Source of the DNA: Gammaproteobacteria bacterium
Lineage (GTDB): Bacteria > Pseudomonadota > Gammaproteobacteria > Pseudomonadales > Azotimanducaceae
Direction: 5' to 3'
Length of the DNA stretch: 40,000 nucleotides
Assembly (NCBI GenBank): GCA_026706385.1
Contig: JAPOYV010000086.1
Span: forward strand, 17,985 to 57,984
In this document: positions 1 through 7,658 of the stretch, in pieces
Layout: each line of letters begins with the position of its first letter
Numbering within the stretch: the stretch's first letter is position 1
Notes under the pieces: generated by a model
Seen by the model: the letters and a program-made list of their open reading frames with translations, nothing else
What the model was told of the DNA's origin: nothing
Database searches by the model: none
Made by a program: the position numbers and the translations under genes

Positions 1-830
1 CCGGGGTTGCCCCGGTTGCCAAACACCAACAAGGCGCAGCGCAGGCGGCGCAAGCCCACGCGCAACTGATGCACCCCTTCCGGGTCCTGGCCCGCGACCG
101 CAGCGACATTGCCCATCAGGTGCGCGGCGACCGAGCCGACCACCTTGCCAAACGCGCCGCCGACGGTGTCCGACGAAAGGACCGCGGGGTTCACTGCCTT
201 TGGCGTTGGCGACGAGGCACCGAGCAAGGCCATGCCGCGCGCCGCCTTCGAGCGCGACCCTACCGCGAGGCGATGCGGGCCGACGAGCCGCCGCGCAGCC
301 GCCAGCATCGCCGCGGTGCTGCCGCGCACGAGTTCGAATTCAAGCTCGGCGATATCGACGCGCCGCCCGGCCGCGGTGATCTGACCGGAGTCGAGTGACA
401 GTTCGACCCGGGTGGCGCCGAACGAGACGTCCTTGCTTCGCCGGACGACGTCGGTCTCGAACCTCGGCACAAGGTCCCGCTCAGAAACGCCCGCCGTCCG
501 CGTTCCCGTCACCGCCTGCGGGAAACGGTACGCGATCAATCCGTCCCCGCGTGCGGGCACGGTCCATTCCCTGCGCTGGACATTCGCGCCGCGTTCCTCT
601 TTGAGCGTCACCTCCGCGCTTTCGGCGCCCGCGTCGCGTATTCGCAGCGTCAGGCCGCGCCGCCAGAGGTCGTCATCGAGTGTGTCGTGGTAGGTGCTGT
701 GGAGCCGGCGCACGGTCTCGGATCCGCCGTTCAACGCGTCGAAGGCGTTTCGCAGATCCGCATGGCTGCCGATGAGCTTGAACTCGGTCTCCAAGGCAGC
801 CCTGCCGTCGCGCGCGGTGTATACGGCCAT
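1..830 (-). CDS. CYTH-CHAD domain protein (triphosphate tunnel metalloenzyme-like); C-terminal part lies outside the window
   Basis: Absent from the ORF track because no stop lies inside the window. My translation of the minus strand from ATG 830..828 reads MAVYTARDGRAALETEFKLIGSHADL...RVELSLDSGQITAAGRRVDIAELEFELVRGS (CYTH-type EFKL and ELEFEL strands). It continues with ...DPEGVHQLRVGLRRLRCALLVFG (CHAD-type HxxRVxxRRLR helix). The frame stays open to position 1. Confidence 0.7.
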   Translation of the reverse strand, partial: MAVYTARDGRAALETEFKLIGSHADLRNAFDALNGGSETVRRLHSTYHDTLDDDLWRRGLTLRIRDAGAESAEVTLKEERGANVQRREWTVPARGDGLIAYRFPQAVTGTRTAGVSERDLVPRFETDVVRRSKDVSFGATRVELSLDSGQITAAGRRVDIAELEFELVRGSTAAMLAAARRLVGPHRLAVGSRSKAARGMALLGASSPTPKAVNPAVLSSDTVGGAFGKVVGSVAAHLMGNVAAVAGQDPEGVHQLRVGLRRLRCALLVFGNRGNP

Positions 831-967
831 GCACCACCGGTCCGGATCGGGACGACAAATAGGCCACAACGCTCACCGAGGGTCAACGCGAGCCGCTGAC
901 GACGCTGGACGGCACCATCGGGCCGGTACTAAGCTCGAATGGCTCAAGCGTTCGTGGAGAACACGTC

Positions 968-2332
968 GTGACTTCCTCCCGCCAAGACGCACCGGTCCCG
1001 CCACCGCGAGATCCCGAGTCCGCATTTGGCACCAAGCAGCCCGCCGTGCACATGCCCCTCCCGATCACCCCTGACCTAGACCCGCCCGGCGCCGATCGAC
1101 TGGGGCTCACGCCGGAGGAACAGGCGCAGTTCCGCGAGCAAGGCTATGTCATCAAGCGAGGTCTGATCCCCAAGGAGACGTTTCAGCCGTTCCACGACCT
1201 CTGGTGGCAACAGCCGCCGGCGCGGGCCGCGAAGCTCGATCCGGACGACCCCAAGTCCTGGGTGGCACCCGGCCGGCACTGGCCGGAGGAGAACCGCTGG
1301 TCGTTGCCCGACAACTGGATGGGCAAAGGTGCCTGGCCGTCTCCGGAAGAGGAACGCCTCGGCGCGAACACGGGCGAACGGGTCGGCCGGCTGCCCCACA
1401 AGCTGACGCGCGACGTCGGCAACTACGTGTGGCGCTGGCACGGCATCGGCCACGACCCGGCGTTCGTCCGGGCGACGTCGGCGCACCCCAACGTGCTGTA
1501 CATGGTCGAGGCGCTGCTCGGCGGACCGATCAAGCTGCCGCGTCGAAACCGCGGCATCTACTCGGTGTTTCCGCGGGCGCCGGACGATCCGGAGACGAAG
1601 CTGGGACCGCACATGGACCAGAGCATGACGGAGATGCAGGCGGTGACCTACATCGACGACGTCGAACCCCGCAGCGGCGGGTTCACGATCTTCCCCACTT
1701 CGCCGCAAACGCTCTACCGAACCTCGCAGCAAGCCTACAACTGGGTGGCCACCGACGCATCGCAGGCCGCCATGGACCACATCAAGGCCAACGTGCGGCC
1801 GATCGAGTTCTGTGGCAAGGCCGGCGACGTCATCTTCTGCCATGGCTGGGTGGTGCACTCCGCCGGCATCCACGAGGGCGACCGGATCCGCAAGGCCGTC
1901 ATACAGGACTTCAACCGCGTCCGCGAACGCAGTCACATGCGCTGGACGGCAGCCGGCAAGAACGGCGGCGAGCGCATCAACTGCCGGATGGACGGCGTGT
2001 TCGCGATCACCGACGACGACGGCGACGATCCCGCCGACGGGGTGCGCGAGGTGACCAACCAGTGGATCATGGACTCGAACGAGTTCGTGCTGTCGCGCCG
2101 AGAAGTGTTCGCCGACATGTTCGAAGAGTGGAATCTCGGTCAGCGGCCGGTCGAGGGCAACGTCGTCGCCGAACCGCCGTGGTGGGAGAAGTACGGGCTA
2201 CCACTACTGCCGTCCGGATCGGTACCCCGTGGCGGCGGCGGCATGCCTGCAGTGCCACTGTCGAGCGTCGCCAGCTACGAGGGCGACGGGATCTGGCGTG
2301 TCAAGTCTCGCGCCAACAACTGGATGCATTAG
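968..2332 (+). CDS. Phytanoyl-CoA dioxygenase (PhyH)-like Fe(II)/2-oxoglutarate oxygenase with a long C-terminal extension
   Basis: 454-aa ORF with a GTG start and GGAGA about 8 nt upstream. It has an N-terminal FREQGYVIKRGLIP motif, HMDQS (HxD) and a distal HGWVVHSAG His. Family assignment is by motif memory only. Confidence 0.6.
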   Translation: MTSSRQDAPVPPPRDPESAFGTKQPAVHMPLPITPDLDPPGADRLGLTPEEQAQFREQGYVIKRGLIPKETFQPFHDLWWQQPPARAAKLDPDDPKSWVAPGRHWPEENRWSLPDNWMGKGAWPSPEEERLGANTGERVGRLPHKLTRDVGNYVWRWHGIGHDPAFVRATSAHPNVLYMVEALLGGPIKLPRRNRGIYSVFPRAPDDPETKLGPHMDQSMTEMQAVTYIDDVEPRSGGFTIFPTSPQTLYRTSQQAYNWVATDASQAAMDHIKANVRPIEFCGKAGDVIFCHGWVVHSAGIHEGDRIRKAVIQDFNRVRERSHMRWTAAGKNGGERINCRMDGVFAITDDDGDDPADGVREVTNQWIMDSNEFVLSRREVFADMFEEWNLGQRPVEGNVVAEPPWWEKYGLPLLPSGSVPRGGGGMPAVPLSSVASYEGDGIWRVKSRANNWMH

Positions 2333-2368
2333 TCCCTACGTTCCCGAGCCGCCGCTTGCAGACACATG

Positions 2369-2427
2369 ATGTCAAGAATCCTTGACATACCGAATGGTGT
2401 CTAGTAAGTTTTACACCGTGTCAAACA
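2369..2427 (+). promoter_or_regulatory. Sigma70-type promoter overlapped by TGTCAA-type operator repeats for the membrane-protein/HTH operon
   Basis: Perfect inverted repeat ATGTCAAG-aatc-CTTGACAT (2369-2388) contains TTGACA (2382-2387). A 17-nt spacer leads to TAAGTT (2405-2410). A second IR GGTGT(2396-2400)/ACACC(2413-2417) straddles the -10, and a third TGTCAA half-site lies at 2419-2424. Confidence 0.6.
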
Positions 2428-2462
2428 TACCAGTCACTCTATCTGGAATTGGGAGAACCTTC

Positions 2463-2882
2463 ATGGATACGTCCTTCGAGGAGAAGAGCGTCTGGATTCA
2501 ACTGCTAAGTCTCGTCGTCGGCCTGGGCGGCTACCTGGTCGTCGCCGGCCTCATGCTGTCAAACGGTGTCAATGCCTTGCCGGCCTTCGTGCCGGTGTTC
2601 GCCGTAGCCATCGTCCTCATCGTCGCCATCAATGTCGCCGGACACGTCGTCGCAGCGATCTCCAGCCGGGGGGACGGGCCCGACGAGCGCGATCGTCTCA
2701 TCGGCTATCGTGCAGAGAGCCGGTCGTCCTGGATCCTCGGCGTCGGAGCCATAGGCGCGATCATCGCCCTGATCCTGTCGGTCAGCGGCGTCTGGGTGGC
2801 ACACCTACTCCTCATCTCGCTGTTCGGTTCCGAGGCAGCGAAGGAAGTCGCGCAGATCGTCTACTACCGCCGGGGGATCTGA
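2463..2882 (+). CDS. Four-TM membrane protein (DUF2178-like), first gene of the pair with the XRE regulator
   Basis: ATG at 2463 is preceded by GGGAGA. The earlier ORF-track start at 2382 lies inside the promoter. The protein has hydrophobic helices (WIQLLSLVVGLGGYLVVAGLML, AFVPVFAVAIVLIVAINVAG, SWILGVGAIGAIIALILSV, VWVAHLLLISLF). Its stop is 2 nt before the next ATG. Confidence 0.6.
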   Translation: MDTSFEEKSVWIQLLSLVVGLGGYLVVAGLMLSNGVNALPAFVPVFAVAIVLIVAINVAGHVVAAISSRGDGPDERDRLIGYRAESRSSWILGVGAIGAIIALILSVSGVWVAHLLLISLFGSEAAKEVAQIVYYRRGI

Positions 2883-2884
2883 GC

Positions 2885-3112
2885 ATGGCTCAGTCGGGGA
2901 CGAGAATCCGCAACGAGATTCGGACCCTGCGATTCCACCATGGTGAGATGACGCAGCAGCAACTCGCCGACCGGGTCGGTGTCACCCGGCAGACGGTCAA
3001 CGCGATCGAGGGCGGAAAATACTCGCCGTCACTCGAGGTCGCGTTCCGGATTGCGCACGTGTTCGGCAAGCCGCTAGAGGCCGTGTTCCAGTTTGTCGCC
3101 GAGTCCAAGTGA
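2885..3112 (+). CDS. XRE-family helix-turn-helix transcriptional regulator (y4mF/YozG-like, 75 aa)
   Basis: MTQQQLADRVGVTRQTVNAIEGGKYSPSLEVAFRIAHVFGKPLEAVF is a canonical HTH_3 module. The gene is tightly linked to the upstream membrane protein. Confidence 0.85.
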   Translation: MAQSGTRIRNEIRTLRFHHGEMTQQQLADRVGVTRQTVNAIEGGKYSPSLEVAFRIAHVFGKPLEAVFQFVAESK

Positions 3113-3130
3113 CGGGCCGGGTGTCGCCAA

Positions 3131-3979
3131 CTAAGGCCCCGGGCGCCAGTCGTAGATGCGCGCCACGTTGCCGCCCATCAACGCCGTCAGATCCGATCCG
3201 GATAGCACATCCGTGACCCGGAACGCGTCCACGCCCTCAGCGTAGGTGACGAGGTTGACGGCCCGCGTCCAGTCCGTACCCCAGAGACACCGCTCTATGC
3301 CGAACGCGTCGAATATTCGCTTGAGCGGCTCCCAGATGTCGGCGAACGGGAACGGCTCGTGGGACAGCGTGCAGGCGCCGGTGATCTTGATGGCGACGTT
3401 GTCGTACTCGGCGAGGGCAACGACCTTCGGAAGGTCGCCGAAGGGGTCGTCCGGCGGCGGTGGCTCGAACGGCTGCCGCAAGCCGAGGTGGTCGAGCACG
3501 ATCCGCGTGTCGGGGTTGCGCATCGCCAGTCCGCCGAGGAGCGGTGCGTTTCCCCAGCACAGGACGTTGACCGGGATACCCGTCTTCGCGCCGGCCGCGA
3601 GGATGCGGTTGAGGCCGCGATCGTCCGCCTCGACCGAGAACGGGTCGCGGAGCATGATCCGCGCACCCACGGTACCTTCGTGACGCGCCCACTCTTCGAC
3701 CTGCTCCGCGACGTCTTCCGCCCCAGGATCGAACGGCTTGATGAGACCGAATCGCCGCGGGTGGCGTGCCTGGACTTCGAGCGCGTAGCTCGCGTCATAG
3801 CGATACATGCTGTACGGCGACACCAGTAGCGCCCCGTCCACACCGACCTCGTCCATGGCCGCCACCATGTCATCGCCGGTGACTTCGTCGGGACCGTGCA
3901 GAAAGCCGAGCCAAGGGCGACCGGGGTGGTCGCGTTCGTAGGCGTGAACCTGCGCATCGATTACCGGGGTGTCCGCCAT
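3131..3979 (-). CDS. Amidohydrolase-2 family metal-dependent hydrolase
   Basis: Start taken at MADTPVIDAQVHAY (ATG 3979..3977), the typical IDxHxH metal-binding N-terminus. The ORF-track start at 4153 would translate the upstream tandem DNA repeat (ARAPSI x3) and is rejected. Confidence 0.7.
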   Translation of the reverse strand: MADTPVIDAQVHAYERDHPGRPWLGFLHGPDEVTGDDMVAAMDEVGVDGALLVSPYSMYRYDASYALEVQARHPRRFGLIKPFDPGAEDVAEQVEEWARHEGTVGARIMLRDPFSVEADDRGLNRILAAGAKTGIPVNVLCWGNAPLLGGLAMRNPDTRIVLDHLGLRQPFEPPPPDDPFGDLPKVVALAEYDNVAIKITGACTLSHEPFPFADIWEPLKRIFDAFGIERCLWGTDWTRAVNLVTYAEGVDAFRVTDVLSGSDLTALMGGNVARIYDWRPGP

Positions 3980-4028
3980 GGCTGCTCCGCATCGTTGGTG
4001 TCGGCACCTTAATGTACTCGTAATGGTT

Positions 4029-4086
4029 GCGCGTTCGATCGACGGAGCACGCGCGATCGACGGAGCACGCGCGATCGACGGATCGC
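4029..4086. repeat. Tandem 18-nt repeat (about 3 copies) in the divergent intergenic region
   Basis: Copies are gcgcg[ttcg]atcgacggagcac (4029-4050), gcgcgatcgacggagcac (4051-4068) and gcgcgatcgacggatcgc (4069-4086). A partial gcgcgat follows, and TACAAT (4101-4106) lies 25 nt before the ABC ATPase ATG. Confidence 0.85.
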
Positions 4087-4131
4087 GGGCGCGATTTGCG
4101 TACAATCGGTGTTGAACCGAGGCAATGCGCC

Positions 4132-4911
4132 ATGGCCGAGACCGTCGCGACATCCGAAGCCCACGCCGTGCAGCCTGTCATTCACGTGAAGGACCTGCAC
4201 AAGAACTACCGCATGGGTACGGAGACGATCCGCGCGCTGAACGGCGTCGACTGCACGATCCACGAGAACGAGTACGTGGCGGTCATGGGCCCGTCGGGCT
4301 CGGGCAAGTCCACGCTCATGAACATCATCGGCTGTCTCGACCGCCCTTCCGACGGCGAGTACTGGTTGTCGGGCGAGAACGTGTCCAAGTTCGGCGACCG
4401 GGCGCTCGCGCGGGTGCGCAATCGACGCATCGGGTTCGTCTTCCAGACCTTCAACCTCTTGCCTCGGGCCAACGCGCTGCACAACGTCGAGGTGCCGCTG
4501 CTGTACGCCGGCGTCAGCCGGCGCGAGCGACGGGCGCGTGCACGAGAGGCCCTCGACCGGGTGGGCTTAAGCGACCGCATGAACCACAAGCCCAACGAAC
4601 TCTCGGGCGGACAACGGCAACGGGTCGCAGTGGCCCGAGCACTCGTGAACGAGCCGAGCATCCTGCTCGCCGACGAGCCGACCGGAAACCTCGACAGCCG
4701 CACCGGGCAAGACATCATGAACCTGTTCGGCGCACTGCACGAAGCCGGGCAGACGATCATCCTGGTCACCCACGAACCGGATATCGCGAAACGTGCCGGG
4801 CGGCACGTCCACCTGATGGATGGCGTGGTGACCGAGGACTACCTTACCGGCGAAGCCGCCGGTGGAGCGCAAGGGGAGGATCCCTCGCACCGAAAGGAGC
4901 CGAATCCATGA
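4132..4911 (+). CDS. ABC transporter ATP-binding protein, MacB/LolD/YknY-type
   Basis: Walker [10 protein letters not shown], signature [15 protein letters not shown] and Walker [13 protein letters not shown] are present. The start is MAETVATS at 4132, and the stop overlaps the next start (ATGA). Confidence 0.9.
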   Translation: MAETVATSEAHAVQPVIHVKDLHKNYRMGTETIRALNGVDCTIHENEYVAVMGPSGSGKSTLMNIIGCLDRPSDGEYWLSGENVSKFGDRALARVRNRRIGFVFQTFNLLPRANALHNVEVPLLYAGVSRRERRARAREALDRVGLSDRMNHKPNELSGGQRQRVAVARALVNEPSILLADEPTGNLDSRTGQDIMNLFGALHEAGQTIILVTHEPDIAKRAGRHVHLMDGVVTEDYLTGEAAGGAQGEDPSHRKEPNP

Positions 4912-6422
4912 GAAGCAGATACGCCGCGGCGCTCGTCGCGGCCCTAACCACCCTAGCCGGCTGCGACCAGATCGACGAGTTCCTCGCCGACGAACCGGTC
5001 GAGGCGGAGCAGGTCGCCCTGTACCAGTCGGTGCCAGTCCAACGCCGGAACATCACCGTCGCCGTGGAAGCGGCGGGCATCATCGAGCCGGTTACGACCG
5101 TCGAAGTGAAGTCCAAGGCGTCGGGCGAGATTCTCGAGTTGCCGGTGGACACCGGGGACTACGTCGACGCCGGCACGCTGCTCGCACGCATCGACCGCCG
5201 CGTCCTCAACAACTCGCTGCAGCAGGCCAAGGCCAGCCTGGAAGTGGCCAAGGCCCGCCAAGCCAATACCCGGTCGCAGCTCGACCGAATCGCCAGGCTC
5301 TACCAGCAGGAGTCCCTGTCGAAGGTCGACTACGAGCAGTCCCTTCTCGAGCACGCAACCGCGCGATCCGAGGTGGTGCGTGGGGAAATCCAGGTGGAGA
5401 ACGCGACAATTCAACTCGAGGACGCGGACGTCAACTCGCCGATCACCGGTACGGTGATCGAACGGCTGGTCGAACAGGGACAGGTGATCTCGTCGCCGAT
5501 GGGCGACGTCGGCGGTGGCACCTTGCTCATGCAGATGGCCGACCTCTCGCACGTGCAGGTGCGCATGCTGGTCGACGAGATCGACATCGGCAAGGTCCAG
5601 CCGGGCACCATCGCCCAGGTCAACGTCGCGGCGTACGCCAACCGGCCGTTCGAAGGCGAGGTCGTCAAGGTCGAGCCGCAAGCCGTGGCGGAGCAGAACG
5701 TGACCATGTTCCCGGTGCTGATCGACCTGGAGAACCGCGAAGGCCTCTTGAAGCCCGGCATGAACGCCGAAGTCGAGGTGGTCATGGCCAGGCGCGAGAA
5801 CGTGATGACAGTCCCCAACGCCGCACTGCGCACGCCGCAGGACATCTATGCGGCGGGCAGCGTCCTCGGACTCGACCGCGAAACCGTCGACCGCATGCTC
5901 GCCGCCGCACCCGACGTCTCGCCGCCTGACGAGCGTGGCGAACGACCACGTCGGCCAGGCGCACCCGAAGGCGCCCCGGCCTTCGATCGCGAACACATGC
6001 GCGCGATCTTCATGAAGCGGCGCAACGGCGAGGAGCTTACCGACGAGGAACAAAAACTCATGGCCCAGGTGCAACAGCAGATGGCCGGCCGCGGTGGTCC
6101 CCCGGGGGCCGGACGTCCCGGCGGCGAAGGACCGCGCCGGCGCAGTTCGGCCGTCGAGGCCCAATTCGGGGGCGATTACATGGTCTTCGCAATGCGTGGC
6201 AGCCAACCCACCGCGTTGCGCATCCGCACGGGCATCACGGACCTCGACCATGCCGAGGTGGTCGCGGGCCTCAACGACGACGACGACGTCCTGATCCTGC
6301 CGAGCGCGTCCCTGGTACGTGCCCAGGAGAGCTTCCAGCAGCGCATGAGTGGCCGGATGGGCATCCCGGGCTTAAGCCAGCAGGGCAACCGGAGCGGCGG
6401 CGGTCGCGGCGGATCGCGCTAG
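4908..6422 (+). CDS. Efflux periplasmic adaptor (HlyD/MacA family) lipoprotein with a long low-complexity insertion
   Basis: [19 protein letters not shown] is a lipoprotein signal. Coiled-coil, lipoyl and beta-barrel motifs follow ([34 protein letters not shown]). A Pro/Gly/Arg/Glu-rich block of about 115 aa (about 5832-6176) interrupts the membrane-proximal domain. Confidence 0.8.
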   Translation: MRSRYAAALVAALTTLAGCDQIDEFLADEPVEAEQVALYQSVPVQRRNITVAVEAAGIIEPVTTVEVKSKASGEILELPVDTGDYVDAGTLLARIDRRVLNNSLQQAKASLEVAKARQANTRSQLDRIARLYQQESLSKVDYEQSLLEHATARSEVVRGEIQVENATIQLEDADVNSPITGTVIERLVEQGQVISSPMGDVGGGTLLMQMADLSHVQVRMLVDEIDIGKVQPGTIAQVNVAAYANRPFEGEVVKVEPQAVAEQNVTMFPVLIDLENREGLLKPGMNAEVEVVMARRENVMTVPNAALRTPQDIYAAGSVLGLDRETVDRMLAAAPDVSPPDERGERPRRPGAPEGAPAFDREHMRAIFMKRRNGEELTDEEQKLMAQVQQQMAGRGGPPGAGRPGGEGPRRRSSAVEAQFGGDYMVFAMRGSQPTALRIRTGITDLDHAEVVAGLNDDDDVLILPSASLVRAQESFQQRMSGRMGIPGLSQQGNRSGGGRGGSR

Positions 6423-6439
6423 CGGACTACCTACAACTG

Positions 6440-7651
6440 ATGTCGATCATCGAGACAATCCGGGTAGCGCTGGCGTCGATCATCGCCAACCTGCTGCGCT
6501 CGAGCCTGACGATGCTCGGCATCATCATCGGGGTGGCCGCGGTGATCACAATGGTGGCGCTCGGCACGGGCGCGCAGCGCGCGGTGGACGAGCAGATCGA
6601 GCAGCTCGGCGCCCGGGTGCTCTCCGTGATGGCAGGGCAGTCGTTCTGGCGGGGCGTCGCATCGGCCAACCGGGTCTCGCTCACCGTCGACGACTACGAA
6701 GCCCTGGCTCGCGACGCGCCGCTGCTTGCCGAGGTCGTGCCCGAACTCGGCGGCGGCCGCCAGATCAAGTACGGCAACAAGAACCTGTACCACAACGTGA
6801 TCGGCACCACCGCGAACTACCCGGACGTGCACGGCATCGACATTCTCGCCGGGACCATGTTCACGGCGGGCGACCTCGCCACGCGTCGACGGGTCGTCGT
6901 GCTCGGCAACGAGATACCCCAGAACCTCGAAATGGAGCCGGAGAACCTGATCGGGCGTACGCTCAACATCAACCGCATCCCATTCGAGATCATCGGCGTC
7001 TTCGAAGAGGTCGGCGTGCGCTGGGGACCGAATCCGGACGACGACGTGTTCATTCCATTGACCACCGCCGAGCTGCGCGTCTTCGGCCAGGACCGCCTGC
7101 GCAGCCTGTCGGCACAGGTGGCGGACGACGCGTCCCTGGAGATGGGCATGGTGGACATCGAGCGCGTGCTGCGTCGCGAGCACAAGATCCGCCCGGGCCA
7201 GGACAACGACTTCATGATCATGAACCGGCGCCAGTTCATGGAAATGGCGCAGGCGTCCACCGAGATCTTCGCGTTCCTGCTCGCCTCGATCGCCGGTGTC
7301 AGCCTGCTGGTCGGCGGCATCGGGATCATGAACATCATGCTCGTATCCGTTACCGAGCGCACACGCGAGATCGGCGTGCGCAAGGCGCTCGGGGCGACGC
7401 GGTTCAACATCCTCATGCAGTTCGTGATCGAGGCGCTGACCATCGGCGCGCTCGGCGGCGTGCTCGGCATCGCGCTCGGCGCCGGGGGCGCCTGGGCGTT
7501 GATCGAGTTCGTCAACTGGAACGTGTACATCTCCATCGAAGCGGTACTGCTCGCGGTGGTGTTCAGCGTCGGCGTCGGACTCTTCTTCGGCATCTGGCCC
7601 GCGCGACGGGCAGCGCAGCTCGATCCGATCGAGGCGCTACGGCACGACTGA
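6440..7651 (+). CDS. ABC transporter permease, MacB/FtsX family
   Basis: N-terminal IIETIRVALASIIANLLRSSLTMLGIIIGVAAVI, a periplasmic domain and a C-terminal FtsX core (ERTREIGVRKALGATR) are present. Confidence 0.9.
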   Translation: MSIIETIRVALASIIANLLRSSLTMLGIIIGVAAVITMVALGTGAQRAVDEQIEQLGARVLSVMAGQSFWRGVASANRVSLTVDDYEALARDAPLLAEVVPELGGGRQIKYGNKNLYHNVIGTTANYPDVHGIDILAGTMFTAGDLATRRRVVVLGNEIPQNLEMEPENLIGRTLNINRIPFEIIGVFEEVGVRWGPNPDDDVFIPLTTAELRVFGQDRLRSLSAQVADDASLEMGMVDIERVLRREHKIRPGQDNDFMIMNRRQFMEMAQASTEIFAFLLASIAGVSLLVGGIGIMNIMLVSVTERTREIGVRKALGATRFNILMQFVIEALTIGALGGVLGIALGAGGAWALIEFVNWNVYISIEAVLLAVVFSVGVGLFFGIWPARRAAQLDPIEALRHD

Positions 7652-7658
7652 AGGCGAC

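Noticed and set aside
4029-4086. Possible CRISPR-like array.
   Set aside because: The 18-nt repeats are directly contiguous with no spacers, so this is a simple tandem repeat. No CRISPR array is visible anywhere in the window.
3980-4153. N-terminal extension of the amidohydrolase ORF containing the peptide repeat [18 protein letters not shown].
   Set aside because: The peptide repeat is just the translation of the intergenic 18-nt DNA tandem repeat. The conserved amidohydrolase N-terminus (MADTPVIDAQVHAY) starts at 3979.
4125-4907. First 261 codons of the 765-aa ORF 4125..6422.
   Set aside because: They are out of frame with, and overlap, the bona fide ABC ATPase. The real adaptor gene starts at the lipoprotein signal peptide (ATG 4908).
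7652-7658. Very tight convergent gene junctions: 7 nt here, 12 nt at 30074-30085 and 18 nt at 3113-3130.
   Set aside because: They are noted as a sign of a compact genome with no room for terminators, but this is common in high-GC bacteria and not informative on its own.
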